From Bugula neritina (Eukaryota > Animalia > Bryozoa), in the NCBI GenBank assembly GCA_964035545.1, contig OZ037766.1, positions 4,950,722 to 5,014,721 of the forward strand: a DNA stretch of 64,000 nucleotides, read 5' to 3'. Shown here piece by piece: positions 27,509-40,548 of this stretch (positions are counted from its first letter, which is position 1; the number at the start of each line of letters is the position of its first letter). A model generated the notes under the pieces. The model was not told the DNA's origin, did not search any database, and was given only the letters and a program-made list of their open reading frames with translations. The position numbers and the translations under genes are program-made.

Positions 27509-29713
27509 ACTAAAGTGATTTATATTTTGCACCTTTACATCTTAATGGTAGTCCATAAATTTTTCTATATACCATTTTTAGCGATGTGTTTTTATATGCT
27601 TTTTTGTATTCTTCAACTTATACGCTTTCCCTAATTATTTCACTATAAGCTGAGATGATATTTTAATATATATTTACCGGTTGTTGCTTTTCATTATTTT
27701 GTATTTGCATTTTGTCTAATTTTGTTTAATATTAGACTATATACTACATATAATTAAACAATGAACTCTTTTTTGTATCTGGTTATTTAAATCTGAATTT
27801 TAACTTGTACGATATTCATTTTGATCTATTTTCATATGCATAATTTATTTTTGTTGTTATTAGCATTTTCTTGCTATTTTCCTTCCGTCCCTCAATATCC
27901 AGTGCCAAATGCAATTTACTTTTTTTCAACATAATATTCTGCATAACTATTGCCATGTTTGATATCTTTAGAATGTATGATGATATTCAGTATAAGAGAT
28001 GTATACCTAATTTATTAATTTAATGTATTTCTCTATATTATTGATTCCAATACTTATTGTATTTTGATGACGTTATTTATTGTAATATGTCGTTATATTA
28101 TAAAAATACATGTCATCATATATACTAATATCGTATTAATATGAGACCACCCACACAATGCAGTCTTTACAGCTACTAAAAGATGTTTTAAAAACAATTT
28201 CTATTCTCAAAATCAGTAATTTGTTACTCAAGAAGGCACAGAGTTTGAAACATATGGATAAACTTTTTATTCTATATTAATGTACTACATATGCAGGCAG
28301 CTAGACCTGCACTGTTACCAAATCATTAACCCATTTGAATAGTAATAGACTGTTTGCTTTATTATGTCGTTATAAAAAAACAGTTACAGCACTGGCTTTT
28401 GCCTAAAACTCATAACTCAAACATATTTTACTTTCGAAAACAGAGGATTATTGTCCACTTTTTAATATTGAATTATCATCAAACTCAACAGATGTTTATG
28501 GAGTTATCTTATACAAACAGTAAGACAACTCTATATATAAATGACGCTCGTAAACAATAAAGAGTATTTAGACCACGCCCACATGCATTGTCGAGCATGA
28601 CAATTGGTATTATTGACATTGCTTTTAGCAGAAGGATTACAGCATGCGAATATAATTTTATGCAGCCAAAACTTTAGGGTTTGTGCCTTTTGTAAAGTGC
28701 GTCAACTGCATAGTTTTTGATGGATAACTCTTTACTATTCACATTTTTTGCCTATTATTTTCTAATGATAATCTATATGATGATCACTTTATTCTTAGAA
28801 TTGTCGTTATCAATTAATAATAATAATAATTATTATTATTATTATAAATATAATTATTATATTTATAATATTCATATAAAATTAAATAATCCCATTAATT
28901 ATTATTTATATTAATTGTTAATATTATAACAAGTTGAAATACTAGTACTAGTAAAGTAGTGCTAATACTAATAGTAGTTTAATAGTGATGGTATAAATAC
29001 TAGTAGTAATACTAATACTTTTTAGTTTTAGTAATAATAATAGTAATACTGATAGTAAGTATTACAAAAATTTTGAAACTAAAAGATATTATTAAAAATA
29101 AATATTTCATCAATCAAGAAAAATAATGATGCTACTTGGTGATATCTTAAAAACAATGCATTTGGTGTAATTGGGTAATCTTTAATTATGTGAATATTAA
29201 ACAAATATTATTATTAATCACTCACTAGAATAATCAAATGAGCCTGACACAATGCGATCAAGTGCTATTTGCTAGAATCTGATTCTCCAAAGAAATATAA
29301 TTCATTTTAGAATTTTACCTTTATTTCAATTTACTCACCTATTAAAACTGGTAAAATTACTCATATAGTCTTAGACTACTTTGCAAATTTATTGAAAACA
29401 TTTGAAGAATCCACTAACATTAGCCAAGTAAAAGTTATTAAGCAATTTTTTTCCAAATTTTTTATTTCACTATCATTAGGTTAAGCATCTAACAAGAGTA
29501 TTGCCAATTATTGTTTTTAATATTAACACACTGAATGACTGGAGTATAATTAAACTACTCGACATTTAATAGGTGCATTAACTTAATGCAATTTGGTTAG
29601 ACATTTTTAAGCTGTGTAATTCATTGCATATGCTCAGGTTAGGTATGCAATGTAGTAGAAATTTACAGAAACTGAGTAGATTTTTATAAAGTTGTGTCTA
29701 CAAATAACAGAAA

Positions 29714-32700
29714 ATGGAAGTTGAAAACAGCAACCTTGACGAGGTTGATGAAGCAGATAGCAGAAGGACTTCAGTGTTCACTTCTGGTGACCACTGGGAC
29801 CACAGGTAAACTTCCATTATAAGCAACTGGTTTGTTATTTTTTATAGCAGTCATGCAGTTCTAGAGTTTATATTGTGGATTTTTTGTCAATATCTATTCT
29901 TACATAAAAATTAACTTTTAATGTGTTTAGAATAACTGTAAACAGGAATTAACTTTGTTCAATAATCATGACCAGCTGCAGCTTTAAAGTTCTTCTGTTT
30001 TCTAGTATAGAGAAGTTAAGGTCATGGAGAACCATACAAACAGCCATATTAGCCAAGCTAAACACCGGTGAAGTGGATGCAGAAGAAGACATCACAGTAA
30101 ATCATGGATTTCAGGTAGCAAAGGCTCTCAATCAGTGTTAAAACTATTATCTTTAAATTGTTTTGCTCTCACAGCTAAAATCATACTACTTACTAAAATT
30201 GTTTTTGTTTCTCATATCAAGCTTGCGTCAAAAAAACTCAATAGTTTCCCAAGATCATGGCAACTACAAAGCCTTTATCGTCTGCAAAATATAATAACAT
30301 ATATGTTACACTGATTCCACACATTAAGATTATTGGTTTCTACTATTTTGATAAATCAATCAATACTAATGAACAAGGGCCCATGCGCTGATAAACAGCT
30401 TTTGTTTTAAAGTTAACATTATGATAATTATCACCAAGGTCATATCAGCGATTTCATTGCTGGTCACATTATACAATAGACATCCCATTGTTTATAGTGT
30501 ATCAAAAGTATTATTGCTAGGGCTTCAGCGCTATAGTATGAACAGGAAAAGAAAGCAAACAAAAATTAATCTATCGCTGCTCAACCAGCCAGAAATAAAG
30601 CAGGGCTTCCAAAGTGAGCTCACAGAGAATATCCAAGATATTGATATAAATTCTACTCATGGCAGCTGGGAAGTTCTGAGAGATTCGATCTTGAAAACAT
30701 GCCACTCAACCCTAGGTAAACCAGAACGAAAACATGAAGATTGGTTTGATGACAACGAACAAGAAATAAACGAGCTCATGAAGGAGAAACGCCATGCTTT
30801 CAGCTTATGGCACCAAGACTATAGAAATGTGGGAAAAAGGGAACATTATCATAAAATGAGAGGGAAAGTACAGGCGAGAATAAGGACAATAAAAAATGAC
30901 TGGTGGATCCGAAAATCTGAGGAACTTCAGAGACTTGCTGAGACAAACAGTAGCAAAGAGTTCTTTTCCGCTACGAAGAGATTGTATGGCCCAATTTTTG
31001 GAGGATGTGGGCCAATAGCTTCCAAAGATGGTTCCACAATACATAAGGGGAAAGATGAGATCAAGGGCAGATGGGCTGAACATTTCTCAGAGCTGCTTAA
31101 CCAAGACACTATGGTGGATGAGAAGACCTTAGAATGTCTGCCACAACTGTCAATACTGACCCACCTAGCCGAACCCCCAACGATTGACGAACTTGAGAAA
31201 GCATTATCCATGACTAAGTCAGGAAAAGCTGCCGGACCGGATGGAATACCTGGAGAGATTTTTAAAGGTGGTGGGCTAGAATTAAACAGAAAATTGCTGG
31301 AACTCTTTCAGCTGATTTGGGAAAAAGAATCACTTCATCCTGATCTGAAGGATGCTAATATTGTAACTCTTTACAAGAAGGGTAACAGAGCCGATTGTGG
31401 AAACTATAGGGGTATCTCTCTGCTATCCATTGCTGGAAAGCTTCTGGCGAGAATAGTTAGTTTTAGACTTGGCCAATTGACAGAGAGATGCCTACCAGAG
31501 AGCCAATGTGGCTTCAGACCTTACCGAGGAACTGTGGATATGATTTTTGCTGCTCGGCAGATTCAAGAAAAATGCCTAGAGCAGCACCGTGATCTGTTTA
31601 TGGCATTCATCGATCTAAAGAAAGCCTTTGACACAGTTCACAGACCAACGCTGTGGAAAGTGCTAGGCAAGATTGGATGCCCCGACAAATTAGTTACCAT
31701 CATTCGCATCTTACATGATGACATGAAGGCATCAGTATTAGTTGATGGAGACCACTCTAAGGAGTTTCCTGTGAACACAGGAGTAAAACAGGGATGTGTG
31801 ATAGCACCTACATTGTTCTCGATTTTCCTCACTGCTGTACTTCAACTAGTGAGTGAATGTATGCCATCTGGAGTAAGAATCAGATATAGATTTAATGATA
31901 TTTTCAATGTCAGACGTCTCAGAGCTAAGACGAAGACAGCTACCGAGGCTATCCATGAACTGCAGTATGCTGATGATAACATGATCATGGCTCATTCCGA
32001 GGAGGAACTTCAACTTGCTCTCACAGCATTCAATACAGCATACACCTCTCTTGGTCTAACACTCAATGCCAAGAAGACGCAAGTAATGTACCAACCACAC
32101 CCGAATACTGAAAGACATGAGGATTTTTCCCTCAAGGTGGGAGACCAAATATTAGACCAAGTCACTACCTTCAACTATTTAGGTAGCTGCCTATCCTCTA
32201 AAGCAAACATTGATGCTGAAATAAACCGAAGACTCCAGGCCGCCAGCTCCGCATTTGGGAGGCTGCAAACACGCGTTTTCAACAACAAGGATATATACAG
32301 ACAGACCAAACTAAAAGTATACAAAGCCATTGTTCTCCCGACACTACTTTATGCCTCTGAAACTTGGGTAACCTACAGCCACAACCTGCTGTCCCTCGAG
32401 AAATTTCACAACCGCAGTCTCAGGCGAATCCTCGGAGTCAAATGGCAAGACAGGCAGACTACTAACAGTGTCCTCGATAAAGCTCAAACTACAAGTATTA
32501 CTACCATGATTGTGAAGAGACAACTGAAGTGGTCTGGCCATGTGGTAAGAATGGATGATAACCGGCTACCAAAAAAGATCATGTACTCTGAGCTGAACAC
32601 TGGAAATCGCTCACAGGGTGGTCAGAGGAAAAGGTATAAAGACACTCTACACGAGAGTCTTAAGCAGTGTTTTATTCGACCACAGACCTGGGAAGTTCAG

Positions 32701-35700
32701 GCCTTGGACAGAAAAAATTGGAGAACTGTTGTGCATCAAGGGACAGCGATTTTTGAACAACAACAACGCCAAAAACGAGAGCACAAACGGTTGTTAAGGA
32801 AAAGCAGGGAGTTATGCTCTGCTACACACCCACCAGTGACTGACTCTAGTAACATTTGTCCTCACTGTGGCAAATTATGCCGATCTCGAATTGGGCTTGT
32901 GAGTCACCTCAAAACTCACAACCTCTAGTAGGTTTTACGGATTTTTGAACTGGAACGGATTACGGATCACGGCACAGACTAGGGCTTGCAAGCAGACATC
33001 ATACTCGTCACACGAGGGATTGCTGACATTGTGAACATAATGACATGGTCATAGGGTGTATAATTCTTATTATATATATATATAGAGTATAGACTCTCAT
33101 AGGATGCAACTTGTCATCCATCTATTGCTAACAAGCTCAGTAGTTATATATAACATTTACTACATTACCCCCCCCCCCCCCCACTCACACAATAACCATA
33201 GGCTAATTTTCCTGAGAGACTTTATTTAATCAGAGAGCTCTTTCTTTAGCAGATAATAAAAGTTGTGTTTCTGTACCTGTAAGAATTTAGTATCAATATG
33301 ATGAATTCAAAAAGCTATAATAATATTAATATCATTCACAAATTCAAAGGACAATTTTAGTTATATTTGATATATTGTTTGTAACCAGATTTAACTCATT
33401 TGCTTCTAAAAGACTTGTGTTAGTTTTCATGCTGCTGCTTATTTCTTCATTTATCAATTTCATGCAGCTTTTGAAAGTGATGGTGCACCCTGAAACGGTG
33501 CGTAGCTTTACATATGTGAAAACTATGCACGGCCTTGTCTTCATCACCAATTCTGGAACTGACATGAGAAGTTACATGAATATTTGGAATTTACAAGGAT
33601 TTGGAGCTGAAAATGTCAGCCGTAAAAAGTATGCGTCATCTCAAAATATTTAAATTGCTAATTCTAATGTTTTAAATCTTCTGTTTCTCTTTGTCCCAAG
33701 ATTTAAACTTAGTGAAGTTTTCTATTTGATGGTAAGAATTTCTTTTGGTTTTTTACAAGGGTTTCTATAGTAACCAAATGCACTTTGCTCAAATATATAC
33801 CCAAGTTGAGAAAGCTGGTATGCTACAGTCCAGATCAGAAATTGAAAGTGCTTGATGATGTTACAAGAGGATTTGAAGTTTTATGTGAGGTCATAACTCC
33901 AAGCTCTATATTCTGGTTAGTTATTATTTAGTGTTGTTTCACATATGATTGTATAATACCTCCTCGTTTCCATAAGTATATATGGAAACTAGTACATATT
34001 CTTTAAACTGGCTGCTTGTTTAATTCAATCCCATTGTATTAGTGGTATATTCTATTAACAAACCTTATGCTAGTATTGATGTATTAGCCTACAGATCATA
34101 TAAGGAATTACTTATAATATTAGTCCAATGAGTTCTACTTAATATATTGTATTAGAAATCGTTATTTTTATAGCATTTTACTTTACTATTATGATTATAC
34201 TATTTTAAAATCTGTTTTGGTGCCAATTTGAATACATAAAAGAGCAAACCCAAATCAGTGCTTGATTTAATTGCTCAATAATAAAATACGTATAGAAACT
34301 GTCATTTGGTTTTCAGTCTTGAGTGGAACCCAGACACGGATGAGTTGGTGTGTGGTGGCACCCAGGGTCTCTTTATTTACACCATCAACGAAGTAAGAAT
34401 AGATTTATATGATATGCTATTTATACATTAGCGGTCCATGCTTCATAGTATTTCCCGATATATAGGGAATTGTAGTTGGAGTGTTTATATGTTTGTTTGT
34501 GTGTGATATGTTTCTATTTTACTAGTCCACAATGATGTCCTGCACTGTGTAGATCTAAATTAGAGGTAGTGGTAATAGTGTTAATGGTGGTGGTGGCGTG
34601 TAGCGGTGGTGGTAGTAAAGCAAAACTAAGATAAACCAAAGAAAAGTATACATAAGAACTACACCAGGAAAATAGACAAAATAAACAGTGCATAAACAAA
34701 AGATGTATTGAATAAGAAGTAAAGAAACAAAAGTGATAATGCATATGCAACACATCAGTTCTTTCACAAAAGCACTAAGCTGTTACCGAATAAAGCCATA
34801 AGCCGAGGTTTTCATATTTGAATAATATTTTGCCAATGTATATAATGTAAACGATGCAATATTCTAGGTCTTCCAGCTAGTTGAGAGCAAGACATACCTG
34901 TCTAAACTGTCTTGGTGCAGTAGCATACTTCTGGACACTAAAAACAAGCTGATGATGTCTATCTGTGACCAGAAGATTTATGTCTACAACTACGTGGTAA
35001 TAGCAAGGCATAGATTTTATGCATAGTGCTCAGTCAGTTTTAGAACTCATAGTTCAAATATTTGACTGCTGTTGTGTTTAGTTCAATAATCAGCTAACTT
35101 TGAGATATTTTGATTATGTGGCATGACTTTGGGATTTGACTACACATTATATGGGTAAATTTAATTCACATTTCTTTTGTCTTACCTGTGGAAAGTATTT
35201 ACTGCTACTTTGAAAACTTTATTATGCAAAGTTTCAATAAGCTGATAGCTCAATCAAACCACCCATATATAAGGTTAGGATAACTCAGCTAAAATTCTTC
35301 AGTTTTTAGTCTATTATATGCAAATTTTTTGTAAGGGGTAATAAATCAAATTAATACTCTGTATGCATGTATGCTAAAACTATCTGTATGGTCTATTGTT
35401 GCACAAGCTCCGTTCATTGCTGTTTATTTTATAGAAAGGAAACTGCACTCACATTTTACAAAACAGACATAACCTAGCACTTACCTGGTATGTACATAAT
35501 TATACATCTTGCTTATCGTAAAATTTTCAGCTTACAAAATCAACTTAATGCGATTTAGCACCACACTTCAACTCATCTTCAGGTTAACTTAACATAAGTC
35601 AATAATTGTGCATATAATATACTGCCAATTAAGATGGCTAATTTAATGGTAAAGTAAAACTTGGTGAGGATAAATTAGAAAAAAAGTATGCATAAAAGCT

Positions 35701-38700
35701 ACACCAGGAAAAACAAAAACGACATAACAAAAGTGCATAAATAAAATATATTTTGCATGATAAGTAAAGAACAAACGTGCTAATGAATACACAACATGCA
35801 TCAGTTTTTCTCACAAGCTTGCCCTTGCTTGTGAAGTTTGATAGTATATTGGATCAAGTGCATACTTTGAAACCTTTACTTTGGTGATTAATAGCTGCAC
35901 ATACTATGAGTCTCAAGACATGCTTCTGACAGCTTCTAAAGATGGCACTATTAAATTGTGGAATGGACTGTCATTGACTCTTGTCCATGAACTGGCTGCC
36001 CACACTGATGCTGTAACTGGTGAGTGGAGCCTGTAAACTCTCCAATACTGTAGCTACTCATTGTTTTATGTGGTGCTTCACTAAAAGTAATTGTTTATCC
36101 CATGTTTGCTGATGTGAATATTGTGTTCATAAATACATTATATATTAATGCAAATTATACAATTGGCAAAAAGTAGATTTACTGTTGGCTGTATTATTAT
36201 TTGGGCTTCAAAATTGAACCTATAAAATTTTCAATGACTTTGTTTTAATTATTAAAGATGATAATTTTGCATTAAATCGATAATTTGCAATACAGGAGAT
36301 GTGCAAACAATTCAGAACTTGTATTCTAACTCATAATATAATTAAAAAATTATGATTCATTGCTGTCATACGAACATTCCCACAATGCTATTTTTATTAC
36401 TCAATGGAGCTAACCAACGTAAGTGTGTCAGGGGGTGTAGCTCAAATGGTAGAGCGCTCGCTTAGCATGCGAGAGGTACCGGGATCGATACCCGGCACCT
36501 CCACATTTTTTTTTATTTATTGATAAGTGAAAAGTGAGAATTCTGTTGATTTCATGTGCTATGCTTATTTTTTAATTTATTCTTATAATAATTATTTATG
36601 CATTTCAAAGTCATTGCCTTGACATAGTTTTTACATTTAAATTATAGCTTATGACATCTTGAGTGGAAAAAATTAGGTGAATACTTCACTATCACACATG
36701 CAATGAGAACATTTTTTGAGTAAATAGCAGGCATATGGGTGTTCCCACTATATGATAATTACTGTATTACTTGTATCACTTATTAAAGCTCATGTCTCTC
36801 ATATGTCAGGGGGTGTAGCTCAAATGGTAGAGCGCTCGCTTAGCATGCGAGAGGTACCGGGATCGATACCCGGCACCTCCAAGTTCTATTTTTAATGAAT
36901 TCTGTTCTGTGCTAAGCTCACCTTTGTACTTGAAATAACCATGATCAAAATTTTAATATTTCATGGCTGCTTTGGAGCATGTTGTCTGTGGCTTTAGGCA
37001 GACCAATTTTCTCACAGCTGAAAAGACCATCAGTAATGATTTATTTTGAAACTATAGATAATAAAACTATAAATGTCATAATTTTTAGGAATGGAGATTC
37101 ACAGAGCTGATTCTCTGCTGTTCAGTTGTTCTTTAGACTTCACTATCAAAGTATGGAGACTGGACACATATGAATTGGTAACTTTCTTTACTCATGTACT
37201 AGATGTTACTGGTATGATAGAGTAGTAAGTAACAGAGCTATATTATATTATATTATATATTATATATTGTTATTCAGTTCATGAGAGTTGACGTCGGTGA
37301 CCCTGTCAGAGGTATGAAACTCATGGGTGTAAATGAGCTCTGTGTGTGGAGTGACAAGCAGATCAGGAACTACAGAGTAAACATGGTAGTTATAGTGCTA
37401 TAGTGTTGTTTTCCCTATTTGCTACATGTAGAATCGGTTTAGTAAATTGTATTGTTACACCTTATTTGCTGCTACGCATTCAATCACAAAATAGACATTA
37501 GGTGTTAATTATGAATTTATGTACATACAGATAAATGTTACCTTCACATAATTTCAAGTTTATCACTTGTTGTTGTTGAATAACAAGATACTCGTGTAGT
37601 TTAGCTTTCATTAGTTATGTATATATAAGTTGTCAGCTGCGGGGGGGGGGGGGGGGGGGGTTCTCAAAGACAGCCATTATCTTTTAAATTGTACTATCTT
37701 TTTTGTTTCCTAAAATATAGCAGCTTTTCAAATGACATGTTTTGCTAGTTAGAATACATATACTTGTATGATACTATACACGCAGATGTTAAAATAAGCC
37801 AGCATTGTTGGCTATAAACTATGACCAGCTGCTAATATAGTGACTGCTGTTTGCTGGTGCAGATATGCATGTCATAATACTGAAATTGTAGATATATGGG
37901 TTTTATGCTCCCGTCTACTCAGCGGTTTATAAGCTGACTAAAGTCAGCAGTTTTGGTAATCCTAGCAGCATTGTGTGCAGCAGCAACGACGGAGTCATAC
38001 GAGTATACACCTCCCTGTCCGCCAGCACTCGCACCACCCTCTATCCGATGAAGTCTTTTCAAGTAAGATACTAATTCTGTACTTGTTTGTTAGTGAAGCA
38101 CCGCAAGCATGATATGCTTATGTAGTCTTCTACCGGTTACAAAAGTTATCAGCTCTTTTTGGGTGAAGATTCTAACATGGAAATTTATTACTCTCTCAGA
38201 ATATGTTTAACAAAATAGTGCTCACAAGAAGCATTATTGAAATTACATTAAATGAGTTGTTGAAATTAATCTATTTGCTTATTATATGTTTTACTAATTA
38301 TTATTATCATAACACTACAAATTTGTACCTTTTATATAACAAAGTTTCTGTACAAAGTTCTTATGGTGTGAAGGCGGTAACAATAGTTATCTAAATCCAC
38401 ATTTTTCAATAAATTTCAACAACTCTTTTGCAGTTATTTTCTCCATTGACAACATTATATTATTGAAAAAATAAAATCAATATTCAATGTTACTTGACAT
38501 TTTTTGAAAAGAATGGGCAAATTATGTAGCTGGTAACTTTTGTAAACATATTTCATAGTATTAGTTTGTCTATAAAATTTTACAATCACTAATGTGAGTA
38601 TTAAACATTTAACTAGCACTCCAATGGTTTTAGATACTAAAAGAGTTTGCCTATGTTAGATCCAGCTCTAGGCTACTAGTGGTATTGGATTCAGGAGATG

Positions 38701-40470
38701 GTAAGTTATATTGTTATATTCAGTCAAAAGTGAAAGTATAAAGTACATATAACAGAGAAAGAAAAAAAACATTTATTTAAAGCGCTATTGTGCAATAGCA
38801 CTGGCGCATGTGATTGTAGTTAGCTGTTAATAAGTTTAAATGTGGTATTATAGATGAATGTGTGCATTTTTGTGGGCGATGAGCCAATTTTACATAACAA
38901 ATGTTTAAAATTTGTAGGAATTAGGGTTTTTACTCAAATTAGTCATTTGTAATGTGTTTGTGTAGTCATCAGATAGATTTTATTTATGCCAAAATGTTTA
39001 ACCATGAGTTGCAATAAAATCTTTCATTAAATTGAATGTATCAAACTGGTTCAGACAAAATGTTTAATGATTTTACAGGCTCCCAAAAATGAATAGCAAT
39101 AAGCCCTTTTCTATTTTTGTTTTAGTTTAAAACTATATATTTTCGGATTAAAATAGCTTTGGAAATCAGAGACTGGTATTAGAATTTTCTTGAGAGTAAA
39201 TACACTAAATTACAGTGCAGGCGCACAATTGATGTGTTTTATTGTTTATAATAAAGCTTCTTTAAATTGTAAATACAAGTTTATAAACCCTCTTAAGTTG
39301 GTTTCACTTAATTCTATTAATTATAAAATTTATACATAAGTATATGTATCTTGATAACTCTAGTGGTTGTGCAAGATGCCACAACTAACCCTACCACAGC
39401 AAGTCATATACTGGAAGCTGATATGAAGCATGATGAGCATATCATATCAATCACTGTACTCAAACGAGTAAGTTTTTGCTTTGTTCTGTTATATGTTGAT
39501 GTTTCTGAGCTATATACAAAGGTGATGGCAAATTTATAGTCACAAAGTTGTCTTCCCATTATTATGCAGTAAATGGATTATGCTAAACACATAGATGCCT
39601 ACGTTAATGCTTTCTGCTGATTTATCAACTACTTGCAATAAAATATTAATTACATATATTCATAGTCCATAGACAGTCTTCATTATTTTTATATGAAAAT
39701 TAATTTGAATTTCTTTTGTATTTTTTAAGACAAGATACACATACCTGCACAAATAAAAAGTATTCCTAAAACAATGGAACATATAACTTTTAAAGCCATG
39801 AATGTTTAATTTGCGTTTATTTTACATCATAGAAATTGGAAGCATAAGAAAACTGCATAAAAATTTCCTGTTTTTGGTAAAAAGAAGTTAAAGTACAGGT
39901 TTTTTAAAAACCTACATAGTAATTCAATTTTTTTGTTACATGTTATCTAATTTCCACACATAAATACTTAGTAGTAATAAATTGTTTTCAATCCTACCTT
40001 TGCTGTATATAGTGTTTATACCCTTGAAAGAAGACAACTCCTAATAACTATTGCAAAATATTTTTTACAAAGCAGGTTTTCTATCAAGATAACATAAGGA
40101 TTATGATGTACTAATTGCATGTTTTTAAAACACACGGTAATTGTCTTCTTTTTAGGACCGTGCTCTCGGGGAGAAGGAATCGGCTCAATGTGACACTCTG
40201 GTATTTGCCGGTCACAAAAATGGAGAAGTATGTACTATACAGCATACACATGAATACTTAAGTTTAGATAGCAGGATGTACAGCTTAGTACAAGGCAAAT
40301 TATGCATTGCTAGTAGGTTGTATATTTTGATGCTCAGCTTTTTAGCTTCTAATACAAGTGCAACTATATATAGCTTTATGTTGGGTGATACTTACTTTTG
40401 ACTATCTTAAAAAATGCTTTTAAGGGTAGGGAATAAATTTAAAATTTGAAAACTAAATTTGATAACCTTT

Positions 40471-40548
<78 letters not shown>

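Noticed and set aside
30805-32541. Antisense ORFs within the LINE
   Set aside because: Shadow frames of the RT ORF.
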